Virus record (IMG/VR): IMGVR_UViG_3300037606_000137 | Span: 1-64,000 of that record | Length of the DNA stretch: 64,000 nt | Strand: one strand, 5' to 3' | Source of the DNA: a virus | Shown: positions 47,720 through 58,929 of the stretch, piece by piece | How positions within the stretch are numbered: the first letter of the stretch is position 1 | How the letters are laid out: every line of letters starts with the position of its first letter | Notes under the pieces: generated by a model | What the model saw: the letters and a program-made list of their open reading frames with translations, nothing else | Databases searched by the model: none | Told to the model about the DNA's origin: nothing | Made by a program: the position numbers and the translations under genes

Positions 47720-49497
47720 TTTCTTTTTATTAATACTAAATCTGTGTATAGCAATGATTCTGCATAAATTACTATAGTTTCACCATTGCGTAATACAATT
47801 AATTTGTGTTGTTTACTACATAAATATTCAGTGCCTGAAACCATAAATGACACCATATCATTTTTTATAGATGCAATTATATTTATAACTTTTTTATATT
47901 CTCCGGTGTGTGTTAATACATAATCATCATATGTAATATTTTTTATTTTCTTTTCGCCATCTTTTGTTAAAACTATAGTATTTTCTTCTAAACAGTCAGC
48001 ATCAGTAAAAAATACAATTTTACCATATCTTAATTCGTTTATATCTGTATATTTTTTACCCGGTACTAATCCAATAATTTTAATAATATTTGCTATTTCA
48101 TCATTATTAATTATTTTAGATACCGGTACATCTCTTACATTTAATGGTCTTCCTTTTATTGGAAAAACACCCCAATAATCTCTACCAACAACACTCAACC
48201 CTGTTATAACTGTTCCTTTTGCACTATCACCTTCTGTAATACAAAGTGTTGATTTATAACCACTTGTAGTTCCAGCTTTATGTGCATCAACTAATTTTTC
48301 TACACGAATTGTTTTACCAGCAGATTTTTTATTCATTTTATTCAATGCTGCTTGTTCTTTCATTAAAACCCATTCTAAAATAGATTCTATGATTTCAGAT
48401 TTCATTAATAATTTATATAATTTATCAGATAAATCAACATCATCTATAATTTTAGATATTAAATTTTCTTTTGTTTGTGCATCAAATTTAGGATTAGCTA
48501 TTTTACATATTAAAAACATGTGAAATTTATTTTTAATATCGTTTGGTTTAATATTAATACCTTTTCTACCTTTAGTTAAATCTGTTATTAATCTTTTAAT
48601 AACTTTACTCATTATAAAATCAACATGTGTTCCACCTTGCCATGTAGTATTACCGTTTATAATAGAACAGTGTTCAAATGTGTCTGTACTTGATTGTGTT
48701 AAACCAATATTCCATTTATCATTAATTTCTTCTTTAAATAATTCTGCATTTGGTTCTATATGTAATGACATCCAATCTGAAATATTATTAATTTTAATTA
48801 ATTCATCATTAAAATAAACTTTAATATTTGGATTGTATGCAGCAATATCATATGCTCTTTTAATACATAATTTCATTGTATCATTACTATAATCAGCTAT
48901 TGGTAGTCTTGTAATATCTGTATTATATGTTACACATGTATATGATTTTTTACATGGTTTTATAACGGGTTTTGTTTTATTTCTTGCATTATTTGATAAT
49001 TCTTGATAATAAGATTTAGATCCATCACCACAATCAATAATAAATTTTGATGAAAATAATGCAACACAACCAGAACCAACACCATTTCTACCAGCACCAT
49101 AACGTTCTTCGGTATCATTGTAATTCGACCCAGAATTTAAACGCCCTAAAACCATTTCAGGAACATACATATTATGTTCTTTATGAATTGTAACTGGAAT
49201 ACCTTCACCATCATTCCATACTTTAATAGTCCAATCGCTTTCTATATTAATTTTAATGGTTGTAACTTTTTTCCCCCTTTGTGCATGATCTGACGCATTT
49301 GTTATAATTTCATCATATAATTTCAAAAATCCGGGTATATATGTTAATGATTGTTTTCGAATATGATTATCTTCAAAACACCACATATCTTTAGTTTGTT
49401 CTTCAATAGAACCAATCATTGTATCAGGTCTAAGTAAAATTTGTTCTTCTTGACTTAATAATTTATATTCTTCTTCAACATTTATTTTTTTTACCAT
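47716..49497 (-). CDS. type IIA topoisomerase N-part (ATPase and TOPRIM) plus 92-aa N-intein
   Basis: EIITNASD, WNDG.GIP, GRNGVG, TEGDSA, PIKGR.LN, FTDAD then CL at 47994 and block B SKQH. Confidence 0.92.
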   Translation of the reverse strand: MVKKINVEEEYKLLSQEEQILLRPDTMIGSIEEQTKDMWCFEDNHIRKQSLTYIPGFLKLYDEIITNASDHAQRGKKVTTIKINIESDWTIKVWNDGEGIPVTIHKEHNMYVPEMVLGRLNSGSNYNDTEERYGAGRNGVGSGCVALFSSKFIIDCGDGSKSYYQELSNNARNKTKPVIKPCKKSYTCVTYNTDITRLPIADYSNDTMKLCIKRAYDIAAYNPNIKVYFNDELIKINNISDWMSLHIEPNAELFKEEINDKWNIGLTQSSTDTFEHCSIINGNTTWQGGTHVDFIMSKVIKRLITDLTKGRKGINIKPNDIKNKFHMFLICKIANPKFDAQTKENLISKIIDDVDLSDKLYKLLMKSEIIESILEWVLMKEQAALNKMNKKSAGKTIRVEKLVDAHKAGTTSGYKSTLCITEGDSAKGTVITGLSVVGRDYWGVFPIKGRPLNVRDVPVSKIINNDEIANIIKIIGLVPGKKYTDINELRYGKIVFFTDADCLEENTIVLTKDGEKKIKNITYDDYVLTHTGEYKKVINIIASIKNDMVSFMVSGTEYLCSKQHKLIVLRNGETIVIYAESLLYTDLVLIKRN

Positions 49498-49667
49498 AAT
49501 CTAATTAATCCTTTTATTCATTTAAATGTATTACTATACTTTTATTATACATTTAAACTTTTATTTGTTTATTAATTTATTCTTATATAGTATTTTTTAT
49601 TTTAATACATAAAAATATTTTTTTATTAAATAAAAAATTAATATATTTGTAAAAAATAAAATTAATT

Positions 49668-49979
49668 ATGAAATATATTAAATTATCAATTACAACATTT
49701 TTCTTGTTTATATCATTTTGGTTAACAACATTAATATTCGGAAAACAATTTTCTGTGAATAACTTAGAATATGCTATTGACAATCATACAGAAAACACAT
49801 TAATGATTTTAATCATATCAACAGTGTTATCTGCAATCGGTATATTTTTGTTAGGTCTATTAGCTCTTTTTATACATTATGTTTTTGTAAAATTAACATT
49901 TCATAATGAAATTAGAAAAGATGCTTTTTTATTATTGAAATATAGACGTAATAAACAAAATAAATTAAAAACAAAATAA
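49668..49979 (+). CDS. membrane protein
   Basis: Two TM helices. Confidence 0.6.
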   Translation: MKYIKLSITTFFLFISFWLTTLIFGKQFSVNNLEYAIDNHTENTLMILIISTVLSAIGIFLLGLLALFIHYVFVKLTFHNEIRKDAFLLLKYRRNKQNKLKTK

Positions 49980-49981
49980 AT

Positions 49982-50629
49982 ATGAAAGAACAAATTAAAT
50001 CATTTTTATTAAAAATTAAAATACAACTAAAATTAGTTAATTGGAATTCTATATCAGTGCGTTATAATTTATCAGAATCATTCATTAGAGAAAATAAAGA
50101 TAGAGTTGATTGGTTTCGTATATCACAATATCAAAAGTTATCAGAAGCTTTTATAACAGAATTTAAAGATAAAGTTGATTGGAATAATATATCAGGTTAT
50201 CAAAATTTATCTGAATCTTTTATCAGAGAATTTAAAGATTTAGTTGATTGGGGTTATATATCAATGTATCAAAATTTAACGGAAAATTTCATTAGAGAAT
50301 TTAAAAATGAAGTTGATTGGTATTATATATCATGTAGTCAAAAGTTATCAGAATCATTCATTAGAGAAAATAAAGATGATGTTAATTGGGATTATATATC
50401 ATGTTTTCAAAAATTATCAGAAGAATTTATAATAGAAAATAAAGATAGAGTTTATTGGGATTATATATCAAGTAATCAAAAGTTATCCGAATCATTCATA
50501 TCAAAACATAAAAGATGATATTAATTGGACTAGTTGGTTGTTGAAGTTAGAATTCATAAAGATGATCTAACTGCATTGGTTCATGATGGTGGTAAAATTA
50601 GATGTCAAAAATTTACAATTTTAAATTAA
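49982..50629 (+). pseudogene. truncated Trp-repeat protein, duplicate of the next gene
   Basis: ORF stops at 50518, but the out-of-frame tail encodes LVVEVRIHKDDLTALVHDGGKIRCQKFTILN like the end of 50634-51974. Confidence 0.65.
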
Positions 50630-50633
50630 AAGT

Positions 50634-51974
50634 ATGAGAACATTAAAAGAAATTATAAAATTATTAGATATTAAAACTAAATCAAAAGATTTAAAAAAGG
50701 TTTTATATGATAAATTAATTAAAAACAAAATAAATATGAAAGAACAAATTAAATCATTTTTATTAAAAATTAAAATACAACTAAAATTAGTTAATTGGAA
50801 TTCTATATCACAATATCAAAAATTGTCTGAAGATTTTATGAGAGAACATAAAGATTATGTTAATTGGCATTCTATATCATATTATCAAAAGTTATCAGAA
50901 TCATTTATAACAGAACATAAAGATAAAGTTAATTGGGAACGTATATCAAGTAATCAAAAGTTATCTGAATCTTTTATTACAGAACATAAAGATAGTGTTG
51001 ATTGGAATGCTATATCACAATTTCAAAATTTATCTGAATCTTTCATATCAGAACATAAAGATTATGTTTATTGGTATAATATATCTTGTTATCAAATGTT
51101 ATCTGAATCTTTTATTACAGAACATAAAGATAAAGTTAATTGGGAACGTATATCTTGTTATCAAAACTTATCAGAAGAATTCATTACAGAACATAAAGAT
51201 AAAGTTTCTTGGTATGATATATCACAATATAAAAAATTAACTGAATCATTCATTACAGAATTTAAAGATTATGTTGATTGGGAATGTATTTCACATTATA
51301 AAAAATTAACTGAATCATTCATTGAAAAACATAAAGATGAAGTTTTTTGGCCTTTTATATGTGAATATCAAAAGTTATCAGATTCATTTATAACTAAATT
51401 TCAAGATTATGTTGATTGGTATCGTATATCAAAATATCAAAATTTATCTGAAGAATTCATTACAGAACATAAAGATAAAGTTTCTTGGACATGTATTTCA
51501 AAATTTCAAAAATTATCGGAAGAATTTATAATTGAATATAAAGATTTAATTGATTGGTCTATTATATCAAAATTTCAAAAATTATCTGAATCATTCATAT
51601 CAGAACATAAATTAGAATTGAATCCTAATAGTTGGTTATATAAGGATGGTGATTATAAATTGGAAGCTATTAGAAAGACTGGTTTATATACAACTGATGA
51701 TAATTATGTTTATGGATTTAAAGGTATTAGACGGGATCGTTATAGTAAATTTAACTTTCAATTTCAATACTTAAAAGGTCAAGAATATGAATGTCATGCT
51801 GATTTCAATAATGATAATGAAAATTCATTTGGTTTGTCTGTTTGGACAAAAAAAGAAGCAACTGATTATTGTAAACAATTGGTTGTTGAAGTTAAAATAC
51901 ACAAAGATGATTTATCAGCATTAGTGCATAATGGTGGTAAAATTCGATGCCAAAAGTTTACAATTTTAAATTAA
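50634..51974 (+). CDS. Trp-repeat protein (about 13 x 22 aa) with C-terminal domain; likely start 50736
   Basis: V.W..IS.YQKLSE.FI.E.KD repeats. Confidence 0.8.
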   Translation: MRTLKEIIKLLDIKTKSKDLKKVLYDKLIKNKINMKEQIKSFLLKIKIQLKLVNWNSISQYQKLSEDFMREHKDYVNWHSISYYQKLSESFITEHKDKVNWERISSNQKLSESFITEHKDSVDWNAISQFQNLSESFISEHKDYVYWYNISCYQMLSESFITEHKDKVNWERISCYQNLSEEFITEHKDKVSWYDISQYKKLTESFITEFKDYVDWECISHYKKLTESFIEKHKDEVFWPFICEYQKLSDSFITKFQDYVDWYRISKYQNLSEEFITEHKDKVSWTCISKFQKLSEEFIIEYKDLIDWSIISKFQKLSESFISEHKLELNPNSWLYKDGDYKLEAIRKTGLYTTDDNYVYGFKGIRRDRYSKFNFQFQYLKGQEYECHADFNNDNENSFGLSVWTKKEATDYCKQLVVEVKIHKDDLSALVHNGGKIRCQKFTILN

Positions 51975-53236
51975 TTATTAGTATGAATTTTCAATTATTT
52001 ACAAAAACAAAAATAGAAAAAATTAAAAGTAATCATTCTTATGGTATACTTATTGAAGTTGGTGCTGGATGTCCGGTTTATAATGAATTATGTCAATATC
52101 AAAACACAGCTTCAAAAATTGTAATGTATGCAGAATCACCGAATTCTTGGATATATAATCAATTTAAATATAAAAATGAAAATGTAAGAGCAATATCAGC
52201 TGAAATTTGTCGTAATTTTATAGAACAAAAAAAGAATCATCATGGAATGTTAATTAATTTTGAATTAGTTAATACAATTCAAATTGCTAATGATGATAAA
52301 ACACAAACACATGGATGGTTTGGTTTAAAATATTTAGATGAAATTAAGTATTACCATTTTACTATTTCAAATAAAACAACAGACAGAAAATATTTATGTG
52401 AAATTATTTCAAAAATTGGTTTAGATATTTTAGCATCACAAAACAATGTAGAATTGTTAGATAATGGTTATATAGATCAAATTTTAGATAATAATTTAAA
52501 TCAATTAAAAGAAGAAACATTAACTGTTATTATTAATGGTAAATTAAATATTAATAATATCAATAATACAATAACTGTATTTACTCCAGATAATAATATA
52601 ATTAGATTTAATGATTATTTACGGTCTATTCAAAATAGTTCATTAACTGTATTTAAGGGTAGTTTTAATCCAATACATAAACAACATATCAATTTAATAG
52701 AAAGTGCACGAAAAGAGCTTAAATGTGATAATACAGTACTTTGTATTTCTGTTTACAATAGAGATATAACTAAAAAAATATGTGCAGAAAATTTATTAAA
52801 GCGTATACAAATATTAAATGATTTAGGATATACTGTTTTAATAGATTGTTTAGGACAATATCATTATTCATATACGTCAATGTTAAACAATGTCAATTTT
52901 AAAAATATAGAATTAAATTACATTATGGGTTCTGATATTATAAAAAGATTTTTACTTGATGAAGATGTTTATATAAAAGAGAAATCAAATAAAAACATTA
53001 CAGATTTTAATAATAAATGGGATAAATGTAATTTTCATTATGTATGTCGTGATGGTGTGTGTGATGTTAAAAAACATATTAATATAGATTTATTAAATGT
53101 TAAACATATGGATATTCATTATAACGAAATATCATCAACACAAATTAGACAATTACTATTGAATGAAGATTATGATACATTAAAAGAATTAGTTGGTGAT
53201 GAAATATTAACATTATATAAAAAACATAAAATATGA
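51947..53236 (+). CDS. NMN/NaMN adenylyltransferase-like (NadD fold) with CinA-like N-terminus
   Basis: GSFNPIHKQH, MGSD and EISSTQIR motifs; near NAMPT. Confidence 0.7.
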   Translation: MPKVYNFKLIISMNFQLFTKTKIEKIKSNHSYGILIEVGAGCPVYNELCQYQNTASKIVMYAESPNSWIYNQFKYKNENVRAISAEICRNFIEQKKNHHGMLINFELVNTIQIANDDKTQTHGWFGLKYLDEIKYYHFTISNKTTDRKYLCEIISKIGLDILASQNNVELLDNGYIDQILDNNLNQLKEETLTVIINGKLNINNINNTITVFTPDNNIIRFNDYLRSIQNSSLTVFKGSFNPIHKQHINLIESARKELKCDNTVLCISVYNRDITKKICAENLLKRIQILNDLGYTVLIDCLGQYHYSYTSMLNNVNFKNIELNYIMGSDIIKRFLLDEDVYIKEKSNKNITDFNNKWDKCNFHYVCRDGVCDVKKHINIDLLNVKHMDIHYNEISSTQIRQLLLNEDYDTLKELVGDEILTLYKKHKI

Positions 53237-53547
53237 AAGAACATATATTAAAACGATTTGGTACAAAAGAATTTGAATTTAAAAATGATGTTTTTTATAC
53301 AGATGAATATTGTATAACAACATACAATTATACTGAAGGATTTGGAATTATGTTTCATCCAACACGTGATAATGGTAAAACATATCAATTACATAAAGGC
53401 ACAAAAATTTATAAACGACCAAAAAAATCAGAAATTGTATTATGTGATACTATTTATAATACTATGATACAAAATGTATCACCATTTTTTAAATGTTTAG
53501 TAAGTGACGATTATACCAATTACGAAGAATATATACAAAAACCATAA
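53233..53547 (+). CDS. hypothetical protein
   Basis: 104-aa ORF. Confidence 0.55.
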   Translation: MKEHILKRFGTKEFEFKNDVFYTDEYCITTYNYTEGFGIMFHPTRDNGKTYQLHKGTKIYKRPKKSEIVLCDTIYNTMIQNVSPFFKCLVSDDYTNYEEYIQKP

Positions 53548-53690
53548 AATAATTATATTATAATTGTAGTTTAATAATTAAAAATATTTATTATATTTGC
53601 AATAAAATGTATTACAATTAAAACAATTATATAAAATAACATATAAACTATAAGTAAAAATTAATTAATTAATAAATAAAAAATAAAATT

Positions 53691-55142
53691 ATGAAACATT
53701 TTCAAAGCATGTGGAATATCATGCTCGCAACAGATAGCTATAAAGCTACACATCACGGTATGTTACCAAAAGGATTAACATATATGGAATCTTATGGTGA
53801 ATCAAGAGGTGGAGACTATCCATTTACGTTATTTTTTGGTATGCAATATTATTTAAAATCGTATTTAGTTGGTCAACAAGTCACAGAACAAAAAATTCAA
53901 GATGCTGTTAAATTTTATAATGCACATTTTGGTGTAGATAATATGTTTAATGAAGATGGTTGGAGATATATTCTTGATAAATACGATGGAAATTTACCTT
54001 TAAAAATAGAATCAGTAAAAGAAGGATCTATTGTACCAACAAAAAATATGTTATATAAAATTTCATCTACAGATGAAAAATGTGCATGGTTAGTAAATTG
54101 GGTAGAAACATTATTAATGAAATTATGGTACCCAATTACAGTTGCTACAAATTCATTAGCTGGTATGGAAATTGTCAACATACATGCAGAAAAATCAGGA
54201 ACTAAGTCAGGTAATGAATTTAAGTTAGTTGATTTTGGTTATAGAGGTGTTGCAAGTGAAGAACAAGCATGGCTTGGTGGTGCAGCAAATTTATTATCAT
54301 TTAAAGCTACAGATACCGTTGCTGGTATTAGAATGTTGATGGAATATTATGATGCACCAATGTGCGGATATTCAATTCCTGCAACAGAACATATGGTTAT
54401 GACAATTAGAGGTCGTGATTTTGAAAGAGAAACATATAAACAAATTTTATCTGATCCTAAATACCGTAGTGGTAAATTAGCATTAGTTTCTGATACATAT
54501 GATATTTATGCAGTATGTCGAATGTTATCAGAAGATACTGAATTAAAAGAATTAATTTTAAGTAGAAATGGACAATTGATTATACGTCCTGATTCAGGTG
54601 ATCCACAAGATGTTTTACTTAAATGTTTAGAAATTTTAGGTGATGGTTTTGGTTATACCGTAAATGAAAAAGGATATAAAGTATTAAATCCAAAAATTGG
54701 TTTATTACAAGGTGATGGTATTACAATATATACTATGCATGAAATAATGGAATATTTAGAAAGTGCAACAAATATGTGGTCATTTGATAATATAGCATTT
54801 GGTTCAGGTGGTGGATTATTGCAACACTTTAATAGAGATTCATTAAAATTTGCAATTAAAGCATGTTATGCAGTAACTGATGGTGTTGCTATTGATGTAT
54901 ATAAGGATCCAATTACAGGATCAGGTAAAACATCTAAGAAAGGACAATTATATACTGTATGGAATGATAAAACCGGATATGAAACAATTACAAAAGCAGA
55001 ATTTGAAACTAATAATAGTACAAATATGTTACAAGCTGTATTTTTAAATGGTGTTTTATATAACGAACAAACATATCAAGATATTATTGATACAAAAAAC
55101 AATGAAATAAAAAAATTAGAGAATTTAGAAGATGACAAATAA
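53691..55142 (+). CDS. nadV: nicotinamide phosphoribosyltransferase
   Basis: TDSYK..H, DFGYRG, PATEH, VSDTYD, IRPDSG, QGDG, FGSGGGLLQ, KDP.T..GK.SKKG. Confidence 0.95.
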   Translation: MKHFQSMWNIMLATDSYKATHHGMLPKGLTYMESYGESRGGDYPFTLFFGMQYYLKSYLVGQQVTEQKIQDAVKFYNAHFGVDNMFNEDGWRYILDKYDGNLPLKIESVKEGSIVPTKNMLYKISSTDEKCAWLVNWVETLLMKLWYPITVATNSLAGMEIVNIHAEKSGTKSGNEFKLVDFGYRGVASEEQAWLGGAANLLSFKATDTVAGIRMLMEYYDAPMCGYSIPATEHMVMTIRGRDFERETYKQILSDPKYRSGKLALVSDTYDIYAVCRMLSEDTELKELILSRNGQLIIRPDSGDPQDVLLKCLEILGDGFGYTVNEKGYKVLNPKIGLLQGDGITIYTMHEIMEYLESATNMWSFDNIAFGSGGGLLQHFNRDSLKFAIKACYAVTDGVAIDVYKDPITGSGKTSKKGQLYTVWNDKTGYETITKAEFETNNSTNMLQAVFLNGVLYNEQTYQDIIDTKNNEIKKLENLEDDK

Positions 55143-55428
55143 AACAAATTATGCAATTATATCAATAATTTATGAGGATAAAAAATATAAATCTATATTA
55201 TTAGACATTGATGACGATTTAGATAACAGAGAATTAGTTACATTATTATCTGAATCAGGAACAACAAAATTATCAATGTTTAAAATGCCTACAAGTAAAA
55301 CAAAATTTATAATATTTTCAAGAGAACAATTAGATAAAGCAGTATTTGAAATTGAGTTATTAACAAAAATAAATAAAACGATAACTACTTGGGATGAAAG
55401 TAATGAAAATGAAATGATAAAATCATAA
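55132..55428 (+). CDS. hypothetical protein
   Basis: 98-aa ORF. Confidence 0.55.
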   Translation: MTNKTNYAIISIIYEDKKYKSILLDIDDDLDNRELVTLLSESGTTKLSMFKMPTSKTKFIIFSREQLDKAVFEIELLTKINKTITTWDESNENEMIKS

Positions 55429-55473
55429 AAAAAGAGACTTATTAATAAATAAGTCTTTTTTTATATATATATT

Positions 55474-56283
55474 ATGAAAATCATACAACCTTTTGATTTA
55501 ACAAAAACATCAATTGAATCATTATTAAATGATAAAAAAATTTTATTAGCTAAAGATAATAAATCTTGGAGCGCATCAATATTTCCATTATCTAAAAAAT
55601 TAAATAATATTACAACATTTGATAAAGACCATATAATAACACAAATAGATGATAAATTATTTGATGATTTTTTAATAGCTGATAATGTTAATCAAACAAT
55701 TTATAATATTACTAATACCAAAAGAGATTATATAAAATGTATTGAAATTGGTGATATTAATGATAGTATAAAAAGATATACACAATTAAATGTGTCTGTT
55801 GATTATAATACCGATGCACAAAAATTTTTAAATATACCAAATCAAGATTATTCACAAAATACAAATTTAAATATTTCTAATAGAAATATATATCAATCTG
55901 AAATTGATATATTAATGAGTAAAAATAAAAAAAATAATATTTTTGATAACAATATTAATCATCCACATATTAATCAATATAATCAATCTAATAATCTAAC
56001 AAAAAATAATAATAAATCTATTATTATACAAATATTTAAGTGGGCAAAAGAAAAAGGTATTAAATATATTTATTGTATAAATGAAAATAGACCTAATGTA
56101 ATAAACAATCAATATGTTTTACCATTTGTATACTATACTATTAAAGGAACATATGATAAACAAAATACATTATTTAATGGTAATTTTGGAACAGGTAGTC
56201 AATCAATAGAAATATATACAAATATTATAGATGAATTTAATAATGATATAATAGATGAAAATAATATTGAATTAATTTATTAA
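55474..56283 (+). CDS. hypothetical protein
   Basis: 269-aa ORF. Confidence 0.55.
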   Translation: MKIIQPFDLTKTSIESLLNDKKILLAKDNKSWSASIFPLSKKLNNITTFDKDHIITQIDDKLFDDFLIADNVNQTIYNITNTKRDYIKCIEIGDINDSIKRYTQLNVSVDYNTDAQKFLNIPNQDYSQNTNLNISNRNIYQSEIDILMSKNKKNNIFDNNINHPHINQYNQSNNLTKNNNKSIIIQIFKWAKEKGIKYIYCINENRPNVINNQYVLPFVYYTIKGTYDKQNTLFNGNFGTGSQSIEIYTNIIDEFNNDIIDENNIELIY

Positions 56284-56305
56284 AATAAAAAATAAGCATA
56301 CATAT

Positions 56306-57583
56306 ATGACACCACCAGCAAAAAAACAAATAAAAGATTTTGAAGAGACATTAACTATAAATAATTTATCGTTACATTTAATACAATTTTGGGATAGTTT
56401 AAATAATAAATATATTACCAAAACATTAAAACATTCAACATTAATAAATAGTATAAGTGGTGTAAATATACTGTTTAATGATTTTTTAGTGTTAATTACT
56501 AATGCACAATTAATACCACAAACAGTTTATAGAATAACAGATTATAAATCTTTTAATTATTTAAATGGATATAACAATTTCATTGATGGAATTCCATCAA
56601 CAACAAATTTTGATACTACTGCAATTTATGAAAGTTTAGAAGAAGTTATTTTAGTAACAGCAATAACTAATAATAAAATAGCACCGTTTACATATAGTGA
56701 AACATATCCTAATGATATTATATATTATGATCCAACAATTACTGGTATCAATACTAAAGGTAGAATTTTTAGACGAATAGATACAAAATTTAACATTGAT
56801 GTATGTTGTGATTGGAGAAATATAAAATATAGACGATTTAATGCATCAACTTTAAGTGGTATAACTGGATATATTACTATTGGTAATATGAATAGTGCAT
56901 ATATTGATACTATTAATTTAAACGATTTTAATGATTTTAATATATTTAACAATAGTCCAGCAGCAACAAATTGTTTTAATATAGTTATTAAAACAGTACA
57001 CGATAATAATTTTATATCATTTGATAATAATATTATTGTAAGTGGTAATAATGTTAATATATCATGTTCAACATTTTTTAATAATTATATAGAACAAGCA
57101 ACTAACTTAAAAATGATGGATGAAGATGTTAAGAATAATATATTTAATAATATATATTTATGTAATTTTGAGTCTAATTGTATATCAAATGATATTTTCT
57201 TTATAAGAGGATGTAATATTAAAAATATTTTTAGAGACAATATTATACGTGATAATTTTGCAAGTAATAATATTAATACACCTTTTACCAATAATATTAT
57301 TGGTAAAACCTTCACAAATAATCAAATTAATGGTGAATTTACATACAATAATATCCAAAATGATTTTAAATTGAATATTATTAATAACACATTTAATAAT
57401 AATATTGTGTTAACTAATTTTCAAGTTAATATATTTAACACTATTGTTGATCTAATTGATTTTTCAGCAGCAACACATGTTTATAATGATTATACCTGTA
57501 CAACATTGATCGGTAGTAATGGTACTAATTATTTACAATATTTTGATGGTACAACAACACAAACAACTGGTCTAAATTTATAA
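56306..57583 (+). CDS. Asn-rich beta-helix protein (fibre/structural candidate)
   Basis: Repeating F..N.I...F..N.I; YRITDY and GRI.RRID motifs. Confidence 0.55.
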   Translation: MTPPAKKQIKDFEETLTINNLSLHLIQFWDSLNNKYITKTLKHSTLINSISGVNILFNDFLVLITNAQLIPQTVYRITDYKSFNYLNGYNNFIDGIPSTTNFDTTAIYESLEEVILVTAITNNKIAPFTYSETYPNDIIYYDPTITGINTKGRIFRRIDTKFNIDVCCDWRNIKYRRFNASTLSGITGYITIGNMNSAYIDTINLNDFNDFNIFNNSPAATNCFNIVIKTVHDNNFISFDNNIIVSGNNVNISCSTFFNNYIEQATNLKMMDEDVKNNIFNNIYLCNFESNCISNDIFFIRGCNIKNIFRDNIIRDNFASNNINTPFTNNIIGKTFTNNQINGEFTYNNIQNDFKLNIINNTFNNNIVLTNFQVNIFNTIVDLIDFSAATHVYNDYTCTTLIGSNGTNYLQYFDGTTTQTTGLNL

Positions 57584-57612
57584 ACATTTAAATAAAATTT
57601 CATATAAATTAT

Positions 57613-58146
57613 ATGAAATTAATAATAGTTGGTGCATCTGGGAGTGGAAAAGATTACGCATTAAATACATTACGTAAAAACGGATTAAATTGTGCTGTTA
57701 AATATACAACACGACCTAATAGAAATTTTGAAGAAAATGGTATTGATTATCATTTTATAAAAAATGATCAATTTGAAAAAATGATCATTAATAATACTAT
57801 GTGTGTATATCAATCATTTAATATAAATAATGATATATGGTATTATGGTTTTTCTTCAAATAGTTTTCAAGAAAATGATATTTTTATATTAACACCAAAA
57901 GAGTTATTACATTTAGCACTAGATATTAGACAAAATTGTATTGTTTTATATTTAAATATAGATAAAGAAACCAGATATAATAGATTAATTTCACGTAATG
58001 ATAATAATGATGATATAAATCGTAGAATTTTATCAGATGAAAAAGATTTTGAAAATTTTAAAGAGTACGATATTCAAATTAGTAATTCAAATTTCCATAT
58101 ACAACAGATCTACATGGCATTAAATTTAATATATAATTATAAATAA
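57613..58146 (+). CDS. gmk: guanylate kinase-like protein
   Basis: GASGSGKD, YTTRP.R..E.NGIDYHF, WYYG. Confidence 0.85.
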   Translation: MKLIIVGASGSGKDYALNTLRKNGLNCAVKYTTRPNRNFEENGIDYHFIKNDQFEKMIINNTMCVYQSFNINNDIWYYGFSSNSFQENDIFILTPKELLHLALDIRQNCIVLYLNIDKETRYNRLISRNDNNDDINRRILSDEKDFENFKEYDIQISNSNFHIQQIYMALNLIYNYK

Positions 58147-58159
58147 TTACAATAATAAA

Positions 58160-58882
58160 ATGGAATTAGCATCATGGATAAAAAAAGATAATGATAAATT
58201 TCCAATATTAGGTTTAGAAAGTTTTAATACGTTTTTAAAAGTATGTGCAGAATTTTCTGAGTGGGCATTAGACGATATAGGACTATCAAATAGAAATAAT
58301 TCATATAAAATTTGGGTTTGTAAAATTAAACCAGAACAAATAAATAAAGTAAAAGAGATATTAGAACGTTATACATCAATGGCATTAATATTACAATATT
58401 ATAATATTAATATTGTTGAAAATAATGCCATTGCATTATATGTTAAATTAGATTGGGAAGAAAATAAATGGGTTATGAGTTATGGTATAACAAATAATAA
58501 AAAATTATTTAAAGGTGGTGAATTTGATTATACTTTTAATACTGAATTACCAGAAAATAAAATATTAAAATATATTATAGAAGATATAAATGATTTTAAT
58601 CCACGAGAACATTTATTATTATTCATCATTAAAAAAAATATATTTTTATTTGATCCTGGTTATTGTCAAATTTCAGATCCTTTAATAGTTGATAAAGAAA
58701 TTGTATTATCAACATATAATTTAGGTCAATGGATAGAACAAGATATAGCTTTAGGTGAAGCTGAAAAATATTTAAATGTATTTAAAAACTGGGTTAAAAC
58801 ACAAAAATGGTGGAACCAAGTTCATTTAATTGTTAGACCAAGAAAAAATAAATGGATGGATTTTGTAATTAAATTAAAATAA
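58160..58882 (+). CDS. hypothetical protein
   Basis: 240-aa ORF. Confidence 0.6.
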   Translation: MELASWIKKDNDKFPILGLESFNTFLKVCAEFSEWALDDIGLSNRNNSYKIWVCKIKPEQINKVKEILERYTSMALILQYYNINIVENNAIALYVKLDWEENKWVMSYGITNNKKLFKGGEFDYTFNTELPENKILKYIIEDINDFNPREHLLLFIIKKNIFLFDPGYCQISDPLIVDKEIVLSTYNLGQWIEQDIALGEAEKYLNVFKNWVKTQKWWNQVHLIVRPRKNKWMDFVIKLK

Positions 58883-58929
58883 TTTATATATTTGTATTAA
58901 ACTTTTATTAATACACTAATATAATAAAT

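Noticed and set aside
49982-51620. 66-bp periodic repeats as a CRISPR array or DGR
   Set aside because: In-frame protein repeats with no unique spacers, and no cas or reverse transcriptase gene in the window
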